This document shows, in pieces, positions 19,481 through 29,323 of a stretch of DNA of 32,000 nt (its first letter is position 1; each line of letters opens with the position of its first letter). Under the pieces are notes generated by a model. The model worked only from the letters and a program-made list of their open reading frames with translations, was not told the origin of the DNA and did not search any database. A program made the position numbers and the translations under genes. The DNA is from Pseudomonas aeruginosa (GTDB lineage: Bacteria; Pseudomonadota; Gammaproteobacteria; Pseudomonadales; Pseudomonadaceae): positions 660,001 to 692,000 of the forward strand of contig NZ_LN831024.1 in assembly GCF_001457615.1 (NCBI RefSeq), given 5' to 3'.

Positions 19481-20313
19481 GTGTGCCGACGGTTCTGCAG
19501 AAGATCCTCGCCCGCAAGGCCGAGGAGGTCGCCGAGCGCCGTGCGCGCGTCAACCTGGCCGAGGTCGAGCGGCTGGCGCGTAGCGCCGATGCGCCGCGCG
19601 GCTTCGCCAATGCCCTGCTGGAGCGGGCCAAGCGCAAGGAGCCGGCAGTGATCGCCGAGATCAAGAAGGCATCGCCGAGCAAGGGCGTGCTGCGCGAACA
19701 CTTCGTCCCGGCGGAGATAGCCCGCAGCTACGAGGCGGGTGGCGCGGCGTGCCTGTCGGTGCTCACCGACGTGGACTTCTTCCAGGGCGCCGATGCCTAT
19801 CTGAAGGAAGCGCGGGCCGCCTGTGCGCTGCCGGTGATCCGCAAGGACTTCATGATCGATCCGTACCAGATCGTCGAGGCGCGGGCGATCGGTGCCGACT
19901 GCATCCTGCTGATCGTCTCGGCGCTGGACGACGTGCTGATGGCCGAACTGGCGGCGACTGCCAAGTCGGTCGGTCTCGACGTACTGGTCGAAGTGCATGA
20001 CGGCACCGAGCTGGAACGTGCGCTGAAGACCCTGGACACGCCGTTGGTGGGCATCAACAACCGCAACCTGCACACCTTCGAGGTGAGCCTGGAAACCACC
20101 CTCGACCTGTTGCCGGAAATTCCCCGCGACCGCCTGGTGGTCACCGAGAGCGGTATTCTCAACCGGGCCGACGTGGAGCTGATGGAAGTCAGCGAGGTCT
20201 ACGCCTTCCTGGTTGGCGAGGCGTTCATGCGGGCCGACGATCCTGGCCTGGAGTTGAAGCGCCTGTTCTTCCAGGAGCGTGGCGGCGTGGTGCTGGGCGC
20301 CGATCCTGACTGA
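19477..20313 (+). CDS. trpC: Indole-3-glycerol phosphate synthase
   Basis: '[21 protein letters not shown]', '[14 protein letters not shown]', 'VTESGI'; 278 aa, overlaps trpD. Confidence 0.98.
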
Positions 20314-20330
20314 TCCGCGCTGTCGAATCC

Positions 20331-20368
20331 CATGAAAAAGGCCGGTTGCGACCGGCCTTTTTCATGGG
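20331..20368. terminator. Bidirectional intrinsic terminator between trpC and vfr
   Basis: CCATGAAAAAGGCCGGTtgcgACCGGCCTTTTTCATGG, symmetric with A- and T-runs. Confidence 0.92.
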
Positions 20369-20374
20369 TGCTGT

Positions 20375-21019
20375 TCAGCGGGTGCCGAAGACCACCATGG
20401 TCTTTCCTTTCACATGCACCAGGCCCTGCTCCTCCAGGCTCTTCAGCACGCGTCCGACCATTTCCCGCGAGCAGCCGACGATCCGGCCGATCTCCTGGCG
20501 GGTGATCTTGATCTGCATGCCGTCCGGGTGGGTCATGGCGTCCGGTTGCTGGCACAGGTCCAGCAAGGTGCGGGCGACGCGTCCGGTGACGTCGAGGAAG
20601 GCCAGGTCGCCCACCTTGCGGGTGGTCTTGCGCAGGCGGTCGGCCATCTGGCTGCCGAGGGTGTAGAGGATCTCCGAGTCCTGCTGCGACAGTTCGCGGA
20701 ACTTCGCATAGCTGATCTCGGCGACTTCGCATTCCACCTTGGCGCGAACCCAGGCGCTGCGTTCCTGTTCGCTGCCTTCCTTTTCGAACAATCCCAGCTC
20801 GCCGAAGAAATCACCGCTGTTGAGGTAGCCGATGATCATTTCGCGGCCGTCGTCGTCCTCGATGAGGATGGTGACCGAACCCTTGATGATGAAGAACAGC
20901 GTTTCGCAGCGATCGCCGGCATAGATGATGGTGCTCTTTGCGGTGTAGCGGCGGCGGTGACAGTGTGCGAGCAGCTTGTCTAGGTGTTTGAGTTTGGGTG
21001 TGTGGGTAATAGCTACCAT
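20375..21019 (-). CDS. vfr: cAMP receptor-like virulence factor regulator Vfr (CRP family)
   Basis: 214 aa from '[36 protein letters not shown]...'; CRP-type HTH '[30 protein letters not shown]'. Confidence 0.97.
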   Translation of the reverse strand: MVAITHTPKLKHLDKLLAHCHRRRYTAKSTIIYAGDRCETLFFIIKGSVTILIEDDDGREMIIGYLNSGDFFGELGLFEKEGSEQERSAWVRAKVECEVAEISYAKFRELSQQDSEILYTLGSQMADRLRKTTRKVGDLAFLDVTGRVARTLLDLCQQPDAMTHPDGMQIKITRQEIGRIVGCSREMVGRVLKSLEEQGLVHVKGKTMVVFGTR

Positions 21020-21290
21020 GCCCGAGTCCCGAAAGAATAAAGAATATGCCTGACGTACAAGGCGATGTTTTTTTGAGTTCTTATGGAGAGACCTGCCAGG
21101 GCCCGGGAGCTCAGCGGAGAGCTCCCCCCAACCGGGCAGATCAGGAAGTGTGCCAGTAAACCGCGTCCAGCTTAACAGACGGGCCATGAAGGTCGATGTG
21201 ATTTTGCGACGCAGCTATCAGGACTGTGATCCCGTACTGTCCTTGGGCCCTGTGCTAAGCTGGCGCCCTTTGCCGGCGGGAGTCTGAACG

Positions 21291-21713
21291 ATGAAAGCGC
21301 GTATCCAGTGGGCGGGCGAGGCGATGTTCCTCGGCGAGTCCGGTAGCGGCCACGTGGTGGTCATGGACGGTCCGCCGGACCATGGCGGACGCAACCTCGG
21401 GGTGCGCCCTATGGAGATGGTCCTGATCGGCCTCGGCGGCTGCACCAACTTCGATGTGGTCAGCATCCTGAAGAAGGCGCGCCAGCCGGTGGAGAGCTGC
21501 GAAGCCTTCCTCGAGGCCGAAAGGGCCGACGAGGAGCCCAAGGTGTTCACGAAGATCCACGTGCACTTCGTGGTCAAGGGCCGCGGTCTCAAGGAGGCCC
21601 AGGTCAAGCGCGCGGTGGAGCTGTCGGCGGAGAAATACTGCTCGGCGTCGATCATGCTCGGTCGCGGCGGGGTGGAGATCACCCACGACTACGAGATCGT
21701 CGAACTCGGCTGA
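21291..21713 (+). CDS. OsmC/YhfA-family protein
   Basis: 140 aa; 'GPPDHGGRNLGVRPMEMVLIGLGGCTNFDVVSILKKAR' OsmC family pattern. Confidence 0.9.
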   Translation: MKARIQWAGEAMFLGESGSGHVVVMDGPPDHGGRNLGVRPMEMVLIGLGGCTNFDVVSILKKARQPVESCEAFLEAERADEEPKVFTKIHVHFVVKGRGLKEAQVKRAVELSAEKYCSASIMLGRGGVEITHDYEIVELG

Positions 21714-22032
21714 GACGACATCCGGTCATCATAAAAGGGGCGCAAACTCTGGCGGAGGCTTGATTGGCTCTGCATAATGCGCCCCTTTTTTCGTGCCGCG
21801 CGATTCCGTCGGGCGGCCGTTCAGTTCGGAAGATTCTTCCGCTCTGATAGACGTTTCCCGAGCCATCCCGGTCGGGTGACCAATGGCGCCAGCCGGCGCC
21901 CGTGCAACTCAACAAACCACAATCGCCATCGCGAAGAGGTGTTAACCGTCCTACGCAGGTGCGTCGTTCGCATCTGACGGGCATGCCCCAACCCTGCGGC
22001 AGAGCCGCAAGCAACCGAGAGAGTTCCCCACG

Positions 22033-22827
22033 GTGAAAAGCAAACTCAAGCTCCACGGGTTCAACAACCTGACGAAGACCTTGAGCTTCAACATCTACGA
22101 CATCTGCTACGCCGAGACGCCCGAAGACCTCCAGGCCTACGTGCAGTACATCGACGAAGAGTATGACGCGGAGCGTCTGACGCAGATTCTTACCGATGTT
22201 GTCGACATCATCGGCGCCAATATCCTGAACATCGCGCGTCAGGACTACGACCCCCAGGGCGCCAGCGTGACCATCCTGATCTCCGAGCAGCCGGTCACTC
22301 CGACCGACAGCCAGATCGAAGAGTCCCCGGGCCCGCTGCCGGACACCATCCTGGCGCACCTGGACAAGAGCCACATCACCGTACATACCTACCCGGAAAT
22401 CCATCCGGTGGACGGCATCGCGACCTTCCGCGTGGACATCGACGTTTCCACCTGCGGAGTGATCTCCCCGCTGAAGGCCCTGAACTACCTGATCCACCAG
22501 TTCGACTCGGACATCGTCACGGTCGACTATCGGGTCCGCGGCTTCACCCGCGACATCGAGGGGCGCAAGCATTTCATCGACCACGAGATCAACTCGATCC
22601 AGAACTATCTCTCCGACGACACGCGCGAGGCCTACCAGATGACCGACGTGAACGTGTACCAGGAGAACCTGTTCCACACCAAGATGCTGCTCAAGGACTT
22701 CGAACTGGAGAACTACCTGTTCGGCGACGCTACCCGGACGCTCTCGGCGGAACAGCGTGAGCAGGTCACGGAACGGCTCAAGCACGAAATGCTGGAGATC
22801 TTCTACGCGCGCAACATGCCGCGCTGA
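22033..22827 (+). CDS. speD: S-adenosylmethionine decarboxylase proenzyme
   Basis: 264 aa, GTG start; '[51 protein letters not shown]' with pyruvoyl Ser region. Confidence 0.96.
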   Translation: MKSKLKLHGFNNLTKTLSFNIYDICYAETPEDLQAYVQYIDEEYDAERLTQILTDVVDIIGANILNIARQDYDPQGASVTILISEQPVTPTDSQIEESPGPLPDTILAHLDKSHITVHTYPEIHPVDGIATFRVDIDVSTCGVISPLKALNYLIHQFDSDIVTVDYRVRGFTRDIEGRKHFIDHEINSIQNYLSDDTREAYQMTDVNVYQENLFHTKMLLKDFELENYLFGDATRTLSAEQREQVTERLKHEMLEIFYARNMPR

Positions 22828-22837
22828 TCGCACACGA

Positions 22838-22873
22838 GAAAGAAAAAGCCCGCTTCGAGCGGGCTTTTTCATG
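22838..22873. terminator. Bidirectional terminator between speD and coq7
   Basis: GAAAAAGCCCGCTTCGAGCGGGCTTTTTC. Confidence 0.92.
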
Positions 22874-22881
22874 CGTGCGAT

Positions 22882-23529
22882 TCAGATGCGGTAGGTGCTC
22901 TTGGTCATCACCTTCGCCAGCAGGCTCATGCCCAGCTTCACCGGTGCCGGGAAGCGCAGGCCGCCGGCGGCCAGGGCGTTGCTCGAATGCTGTTCCTCGT
23001 CGATACGCATCTGCTCGAGGATGGCACGGGATTTCCGATCCTCCTGGGGAATCTGCGCCAGGTGTTCGTCCAGATGCTTGCACACCTGGTCTTCGGTGGC
23101 GGCGACGAAGCCCAGGCTGACCCGGTCGCTGACCAGCCCGGCGGCGGCACCGACGCCGAAGGACAGGCCGTAGAAGATCGGATTGAGGACGCTGGGACGG
23201 CTGCCCAACTGGCGGATGCGTTGCTCGCACCAGGCCAGGTGGTCGATCTCCTCCTCGGCGGCTTCCTCCATCGCCTCGCGGACCTCGGGCAGCTTGGCGG
23301 TCAGCGACTGGCCCTGGTACAGCGCCTGGGCGCAGACCTCGCCGGTGTGGTTGATGCGCATCAGGCCGGCGATATGGCGGGTGTCTTCCTCGCTCAGTTC
23401 GCCATCGGGTTCCACGATGGCCGGCGACGGTCGCGCCGGCTGGCCGCTGAACGGCAGCAGGGTGCGCAGGGCGGAGTCGGCCTGCAGCAGGAAACGGTCG
23501 ATGGGCGAATAGTGGCGGTCGGCGGACAT
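22882..23529 (-). CDS. coq7: 3-demethoxyubiquinol 3-hydroxylase (di-iron, Coq7 family)
   Basis: 215 aa; '[18 protein letters not shown]', '[18 protein letters not shown]' di-iron motifs. Confidence 0.95.
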   Translation of the reverse strand: MSADRHYSPIDRFLLQADSALRTLLPFSGQPARPSPAIVEPDGELSEEDTRHIAGLMRINHTGEVCAQALYQGQSLTAKLPEVREAMEEAAEEEIDHLAWCEQRIRQLGSRPSVLNPIFYGLSFGVGAAAGLVSDRVSLGFVAATEDQVCKHLDEHLAQIPQEDRKSRAILEQMRIDEEQHSSNALAAGGLRFPAPVKLGMSLLAKVMTKSTYRI

Positions 23530-23628
23530 GGCGCACCTCCGGAAACGAAAGATCGCACCAGTTTACCGGAAGTGCGCTGATAGCAGGATGTTGCGGACGG
23601 GCTGCGATGTCGCAGCGCCAGCAGGGAT

Positions 23629-23967
23629 TCAACCCGGCGGCCAGTGCATCTGGCGTTGACCCAGCACGTGCATGTGGATGTGGTGCACGGTCTGCCCGCC
23701 AAGGTCGTTGCAGTTCATCACCACACGGAAGCCTTCCTCGCAGCCCTGCTCCCGGGCCAGGCGCTGGGCGGTGAAGAGGATATGGCCTGCCAGCGGCCGG
23801 TCGGCCTCGGTCAGGTGCTCGAGGGTGGGAATGTGCCTTTTCGGGATGACCAGGAAGTGCACCGGCGCCTGCGGGCCGATATCGTGAAACGCGACAACTT
23901 CCTCGTCTTCGTAGAACTTGCGCGCGGGAACTTCCCCCGCCACGATCTTGCAGAACAGACAGTCCAT
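23629..23967 (-). CDS. HIT-family nucleotide hydrolase (HinT-like)
   Basis: 112 aa 'MDCLFCKIVAGEVPARKFYEDEEVVAFHDI...QTVHHIHMHVLGQRQMHWPPG'; HxHxH motif. The longer track ORF extends past the true start. Confidence 0.95.
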   Translation of the reverse strand: MDCLFCKIVAGEVPARKFYEDEEVVAFHDIGPQAPVHFLVIPKRHIPTLEHLTEADRPLAGHILFTAQRLAREQGCEEGFRVVMNCNDLGGQTVHHIHMHVLGQRQMHWPPG

Positions 23968-24045
23968 GGGCGATTCCTCCGGCCTCGGGTGCTTTCCCGA
24001 GTGTAGCGGTGCCCGTCGCGACCGCCCAAGCGTGAAGGAGCCGCA

Positions 24046-25527
24046 GTGAAGAACGACATACACGACCTCGGCCTGGTCCTGGATTCCCGGGTCAAGCTGA
24101 TCCTGATCGAGTCCTGGGACGAGCCGAAGGTGATGGAAACCCTCACCGGCCTGGCGGTCAGGCGCGGCCTTGGCCTGTATGCCTGGTCGGTGACCGAGGG
24201 CGTGCAGCGCCTGGGCTTCGGCGGCGAGCCGCTGGGCGGGGAGGAGAGCCGCGACCCGGTCGCGGCGTTGCGCTTGATCAAGCACGATCAGCAGGCGAAT
24301 CTCTACGTGCTCTGCGACCTGCATCCTTTCCTTGGCGACAGCCCGACCCTGGTGCGCCTGCTCAAGGAAATCGCCATGGCCGAAGGCAATCATCGACCGA
24401 CCGTGGTGCTGGTGTCCCATGCGCTGAAGCTGCCGGCCGAGGTGCAGCGCTTCGCCGCGCGGTTCTCGCTGTCCCTGCCCAGCGAGGACGAACTGCTCGG
24501 CATCGTCCGCGAGGAAGCGACGCGCTGGAGCGAGCGCAACCGTGGTGCCCGCGTGCGCACCGACAACCGCACCCTGCAGCAGGTGGTGAAGAACCTGCGC
24601 GGGCTCAGCCATGCCGAGGCGCGACTGCTGGCGCGCAACGTGATCTGCAACGATGGAGCGATCACCCAGGAGGACCTGCCCGAGCTGAACCGCACCAAGT
24701 TCCAGCTACTCGACCTGGAGGGCGTGCTGAGCTTCGAGTACGACACCGCGCGCTTCGCCGAGGTCGGCGGGCTTGCCGCGCTCAAGCGCTGGCTCGGCGA
24801 GCGTCAGTCGGCGTTCCTCGCCGGCACGCCTGGCGACCAGCCGAAGGGCATGATGCTGGTCGGCGTACAGGGCGCCGGCAAGAGCCTGGCGGCCAAGGCG
24901 GTGGCCGGCCTCTGGGGCTTGCCGTTGCTGCGTCTGGATTTCGCCTGTCTCTACAACAAGTACTTCGGCGAAACCGAGCGCAACCTGCGCGAGGCGCTGC
25001 GCCTGGCCGAACAGATGGCGCCCTGCGTGCTGTGGATGGATGAAGTGGAGAAGGGCATTTCTGGTGGCGACCAGGACAACGGCGTCAGTCAGCGCGTGCT
25101 GGGTACCCTGCTGACCTGGATGGCCGAGCGCGAGGCGCCGGTCTTCATGGTCGCCACCGCGAACGCTATCGACCGCCTGCCGCCCGAACTGATCCGCAAG
25201 GGACGCTTCGACGAATTGTTCTTCGTCGACCTGCCGACGCCGGAGGTTCGCGCCGAGATCTTCCGCATCCACCTGCAACGCCGCGAGCTGGAGCCGGCAC
25301 AGTTCGACCTCCATCTGCTGGCGGCTGCCAGCGAGGGTTTCAGCGGGGCGGAGATCGAGCAGGCGGTGGTGGCGGCACTGTACGCCGGGCAGGCGCGACA
25401 GCAGGCGGTGGATCAGGATCTGTTGCTCAGGGAACTGGCGCGAACCTCGCCGCTGTCGGTGCTGATGGCGGAAAAGCTCGCCGCGCTGCGGACCTGGGCC
25501 AAGGGGCGGGCGGTACCGGCAGACTGA
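24046..25527 (+). CDS. AAA+ ATPase (Ycf46-like)
   Basis: Walker A 'GVQGAGKSLAAKAVAG', Walker B 'CVLWMDEVEKG', 'KGRFDELFFVDLPTPEVRAEIFRIHL'. Confidence 0.9.
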   Translation: MKNDIHDLGLVLDSRVKLILIESWDEPKVMETLTGLAVRRGLGLYAWSVTEGVQRLGFGGEPLGGEESRDPVAALRLIKHDQQANLYVLCDLHPFLGDSPTLVRLLKEIAMAEGNHRPTVVLVSHALKLPAEVQRFAARFSLSLPSEDELLGIVREEATRWSERNRGARVRTDNRTLQQVVKNLRGLSHAEARLLARNVICNDGAITQEDLPELNRTKFQLLDLEGVLSFEYDTARFAEVGGLAALKRWLGERQSAFLAGTPGDQPKGMMLVGVQGAGKSLAAKAVAGLWGLPLLRLDFACLYNKYFGETERNLREALRLAEQMAPCVLWMDEVEKGISGGDQDNGVSQRVLGTLLTWMAEREAPVFMVATANAIDRLPPELIRKGRFDELFFVDLPTPEVRAEIFRIHLQRRELEPAQFDLHLLAAASEGFSGAEIEQAVVAALYAGQARQQAVDQDLLLRELARTSPLSVLMAEKLAALRTWAKGRAVPAD

Positions 25528-25566
25528 GCCAACGGCGAACCTTGCCGCCCTGCGAGGAGAGGCCGG

Positions 25567-26367
25567 TCAACCCCGTGGGGCGGAGGGTACCGCCGAGGCG
25601 TTGATCCGCGCGGCGAGTCGGCGCACCAGCCAGCGTGGCGCCAGGCGTGGGCTCAGCGCCAGCAGGCGATTGCGCCAACCGGGGACGATCAGGGCGCGGT
25701 TCTTGTCCAGCCCGCGCAGGGCCAGCAGCGCGACTTCCTCCGGGGTCATCATCAGCTTGCTCCGGTCGAGCCTGCCGAGCCGCATCCCGGCTTCCCGGAA
25801 GAATGCCGTGCGGGTTGGCCCAGGGCACAGCACCGAGACCTTGACGCCGCGCTCTTTCAGTTCTTCCCGCAAGCCTTCCGAGAAGTGCAGGACGTAGGCC
25901 TTGCTGGCGTAGTAGTTGCTCATCCAGGCGCCGGGCTGGAAGGCGGCCACCGAGGCGATATTGAGTATCTGGCCACCGCCCTGTGCCACCATGCGGGCGC
26001 CGAGGGAGTGGCAAAGGCGGGCCAGGGCCAGGATGTTGAGTTCGATCAGTTCCTGTTCCCGCGCCCATTCCTGGTCGATGAAGGGGCCGGAGGTACCGAT
26101 CCCGGCATTGTTAACCAGCAGGTCGATCTGTCGTTCGCCCTGTTCCAGTTCGTGCAACAACCCTGACAGTTGCAGCGGCTCGGAAAGATCGCAGGTGCGG
26201 AACAGCACTTCCACGCCGAAACGCTGCGCCAGCTCATAGGCGATGCTCTCCAGCGCGTCGCGCTGGCGCGCCACCAGGATCAGGGCGCGACCGCGCCGGG
26301 CCAGGGCTTCGGCTAGGGCCAGGCCGATACCGCTGGAAGCGCCGGTGATCAGGGCATAACGGGGCAT
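25567..26367 (-). CDS. Short-chain dehydrogenase/reductase
   Basis: 'ALITGASSGIGLALAEALARRGRALILVAR', 'LVNNAGIG', 'YYASKAYVLHFSEGL'. Confidence 0.94.
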   Translation of the reverse strand: MPRYALITGASSGIGLALAEALARRGRALILVARQRDALESIAYELAQRFGVEVLFRTCDLSEPLQLSGLLHELEQGERQIDLLVNNAGIGTSGPFIDQEWAREQELIELNILALARLCHSLGARMVAQGGGQILNIASVAAFQPGAWMSNYYASKAYVLHFSEGLREELKERGVKVSVLCPGPTRTAFFREAGMRLGRLDRSKLMMTPEEVALLALRGLDKNRALIVPGWRNRLLALSPRLAPRWLVRRLAARINASAVPSAPRG

Positions 26368-26427
26368 TCGAGACTTCTCCGAAACGGACGGGGAATTGGA
26401 CCCCGCCCGTCGCGAGGGGTTGCGTGG

Positions 26428-27504
26428 CTACTGTTGGTCGTCGTCTTCCATGGCCTCTGCCGCCGCCGTGGCGGCTTCATCGGCTTCGGCCGCCGCTGCG
26501 GCGGCCTGCTCGTCGGTGGTGTACGGGTCGGCTGGAGCGCTGGCGCCGCCGTCATAGTTCGCTCGCTCCAGGTAACCCTGGTAGGACGGCAGGGCGATGG
26601 CGGCGATGATACCGACTATCGGCAGCAGGATGATCAGACTGGCCAGGACTTTCACCCCGGTGCTGTTCGCCGGCGGCGGCGGACCGTAGCGGTTGGCGCC
26701 GGTGCTGCCGGGCAGGACCAGCATCAGGATGCCGAACACGCTGCCGACGAAGGGGACGAAGTTGAGCAGCCAGAGCCAGCCCGACCAGCCGAGGTCATGC
26801 AGGCGCTGCACGCCGATCATCACGGCGATGACGATGAAGGCGATTGAGGCCAGGGCGGTGACGGCCACGCCGACGGTTTCGCCGAGCAGGAAGCCCAGGC
26901 CCATGATGACCAGGAAGCACAGCGTCATCGCCATCGACCAGCCGAGATAGCGCAGGCGTCCGATCCGGCCGTTGGTGGTGAACACGTTCAGCTCGCCGAA
27001 CTCGGGGAGGGCGTCGCCGACCTGGGCGCTGGGTGGTGTGTAGGGAGACGCGCCCGCAGCCGCGGTGGCCGCAGGCGCGGCGTTTTCGCCGAGCTGCGCC
27101 TGGCGTGCCAGGTACTTCTCGATGATGACGCCGCAGGCCGAACATTCCGCTCCGCTGGGCTGTTCATGGCCGCATTTCGGGCAGGTCATGGGAGGCAGGT
27201 CTTGCGCCGGGGTTTCCTCCGCGACCTGGGGGTTGTGATCGGGCGTTTCCACTAGGCTCAGGCTGGCCGCCAGGTCGACTTCCTTGTAGGCATTGGCGCC
27301 GGCCTGGCGCAAGGCGGTCAGGTAACGCTCCGCCTCGGCCTCTGGAAGTTCGCGTTTCAGCACCACCGGGCGACCGCCGAAGAGGGCGTCGATCTTGCCC
27401 GGTTCGCTCTTGAACAGGCGGGCGAGATTGTCCTTCACGGTTTCGAGCGATGCGTCGGGCATCAGCTCGCCGGAGAAGACGATCTTGAAGCGTTGGTCGG
27501 TCAT
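26428..27504 (-). CDS. DUF805-type membrane protein with zinc-ribbon segment
   Basis: 'CPKCGHEQPSGAECSACGVIIEKYL' zinc ribbon and C-terminal TM region 'NGRIGRLRYLGWSMAMTLCFLVIMGLGFLLG...LHDLGWSGWLWLLNFVPFVGSVFGI'. Confidence 0.85.
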   Translation of the reverse strand: MTDQRFKIVFSGELMPDASLETVKDNLARLFKSEPGKIDALFGGRPVVLKRELPEAEAERYLTALRQAGANAYKEVDLAASLSLVETPDHNPQVAEETPAQDLPPMTCPKCGHEQPSGAECSACGVIIEKYLARQAQLGENAAPAATAAAGASPYTPPSAQVGDALPEFGELNVFTTNGRIGRLRYLGWSMAMTLCFLVIMGLGFLLGETVGVAVTALASIAFIVIAVMIGVQRLHDLGWSGWLWLLNFVPFVGSVFGILMLVLPGSTGANRYGPPPPANSTGVKVLASLIILLPIVGIIAAIALPSYQGYLERANYDGGASAPADPYTTDEQAAAAAAEADEAATAAAEAMEDDDQQ

Positions 27505-27625
27505 GCAGGCATCCTTGTCAGCTGGGGTGAGAGAAATGCAGCCGACAGCCTAATCGGCGGCCTTGGCGCCCACAAGCGCGAGATGAGAACTCCCGCACAA
27601 GCCGGGGCGCCGTGACCCGGCGGTT

Positions 27626-28594
27626 TCAGCGCGGCCAGCGGTTGGCCAGGCGATCCATGTTCCGCAGGGCGGCGCGATATTCCCGGTCGAGGCGGGCGAC
27701 CAACTCGTCGACGCCGGGCAAGTCGTCTATGTTGCCCGCGCCCTGGCCGGCGGACCACACGGTCTTCCAGGCCTTGGCCTCGTCGTTCACCGGCTTGAGT
27801 TTCTCGCCGTAGTTCATGTCTGCCTTGTCGGTCAGGCGCTTCAGATCGTAGCCGGCGGCCTCCAGGCTTTGCCGCATGAAGCTGGCCGGTACGCCGGACA
27901 CCGCCGGGGTGTGCACGATGTCGGCGGCGCGTGCCTCCAGGATCATCTGCTTGTAGGCGTCGGAGGCATTGCTCTCGCGGGTGGCGATGAAGCGAGTGCC
28001 GAGATAGGCCAGGTCGGCGCCGAGCATCTGTGCGGCGAGAATCTCGTGGCCGTGGTTGATGCAGCCGGCCAACAGCAGGGTCTTGTCGAAGAACTGGCGG
28101 ATTTCCGCGACCAGCGCGAAAGGGCTCCAGGTCCCGGCGTGCCCGCCCGCGCCGGCCGCCACCGCGATCAGGCCGTCAACCCCGGCCTCGGCGGCTTTTT
28201 CGGCGTGGCGGCGGGTGGTGACGTCGTGGAACACCAGGCCGCCGTAGCTATGCACAGCGTCTACCACTTCGCGCACTGCGCCGAGGCTGGTGATGACGAT
28301 CGGTACGCGGTGCTCGACGCAGATCCGCAGGTCGGCCTGCAACCGCGGATTGGTGTTGTGGACGATCAGGTTCACCGCATAGGGCGCGGGATTGTCCAGC
28401 GCCTGCAGGCCGGCCCCGATTTCCTCCAGCCATCCCTCGAAGCCGCTGCTCTCGCGCTGGTTGAGCGCCGGGAAGCTGCCGACGATGCCGCTGCGGCAGC
28501 AGGCCAGCACCAACTGCGGGTTGGATACCAGGAACATCGGCGCGGCCACCATCGGCAGTCGCAGGCGTTGGTCGAGCAGGGCGGGCAAGGACAT
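27626..28594 (-). CDS. Nitronate monooxygenase-like (2-nitropropane dioxygenase family) flavoprotein
   Basis: 'RLPMVAAPMFLVSNPQLVLACCRSGIVGSFPALN', 'IAVAAGAGGHAG', 'DLAYLGTRFIATRES'. Confidence 0.93.
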   Translation of the reverse strand: MSLPALLDQRLRLPMVAAPMFLVSNPQLVLACCRSGIVGSFPALNQRESSGFEGWLEEIGAGLQALDNPAPYAVNLIVHNTNPRLQADLRICVEHRVPIVITSLGAVREVVDAVHSYGGLVFHDVTTRRHAEKAAEAGVDGLIAVAAGAGGHAGTWSPFALVAEIRQFFDKTLLLAGCINHGHEILAAQMLGADLAYLGTRFIATRESNASDAYKQMILEARAADIVHTPAVSGVPASFMRQSLEAAGYDLKRLTDKADMNYGEKLKPVNDEAKAWKTVWSAGQGAGNIDDLPGVDELVARLDREYRAALRNMDRLANRWPR

Positions 28595-28610
28595 GGACAG
28601 GACTCCTGGG

Positions 28611-29033
28611 TCAGAAAGGTTTGAGCACCACCAGTAGGACGATCAGCAGCAGGAACAGTACAGGCACTTCGTTGAACCAGCGGTAGAACACATGGCTGCG
28701 CCCCGGCTCGCCGCGGGCGAAGCGCTTGAGCATGGCGCCGCAGGCGTGGTGGTAGCCGATGAGCAGGACCACCAGGGTCAGCTTGGCGTGCAGCCAGCCT
28801 TGGCTCAGCCAGCCGGGGGTGAGATAGAGCATCCAGAGGCCAAGGACCAGGGTGGCGAGCATCGAGGGCATCATGATCCCTCGGTAGAGCTTGCGCTCCA
28901 TGACGCAGAAGCGTTCCCGGCTGGTCTGGTCCTCGCTCATGGCGTGGTAGACGAACAGGCGCGGCAGGTAGAACAGGCCGGCGAACCAGCAGACCACGGC
29001 GATGATATGGAAGGCTTTGAGCCACAGGTACAT
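28611..29033 (-). CDS. hemJ: HemJ-family protoporphyrinogen oxidase-like membrane protein
   Basis: 140 aa 'MYLWLKAFHIIAVVCWFAGLFYLPRLFVYHA...FNEVPVLFLLLIVLLVVLKPF'. Confidence 0.85.
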   Translation of the reverse strand: MYLWLKAFHIIAVVCWFAGLFYLPRLFVYHAMSEDQTSRERFCVMERKLYRGIMMPSMLATLVLGLWMLYLTPGWLSQGWLHAKLTLVVLLIGYHHACGAMLKRFARGEPGRSHVFYRWFNEVPVLFLLLIVLLVVLKPF

Positions 29034-29323
29034 CAGGACATCCTCTTGATCACGGTGCCCCGATAGTAGAGGGATGGCTGGAACGCGTCACCCTGGCGGC
29101 TTGCCGCTGTCTGATTTGCCGGCAGATATGGCCGCATAACAGGTAGGAACATTCGGATAGGGCCTCGCAGCAATTTCTGCCCGACGACCCCGGGGGCTAG
29201 ACTGCCGACCGAAGGGCCGAACCGGTCGCAAAGCCGGACGCCCAGCGCTGTTCATGCCGGCGCTCGGCTCTTATCATTGGTCTCTTTTGGCTAGCTTGCC
29301 TCAGCGCGCGGAGTGATGGACAG

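Noticed and set aside
21020-21187. N-terminal extension of Vfr in the track ORF
   Set aside because: The recognised Vfr start [14 protein letters not shown] is at 21019; the extension covers the promoter and hairpin region.
21679-22872. 397-aa antisense ORF opposite speD
   Set aside because: Shadow ORF; speD on the plus strand is unambiguous.
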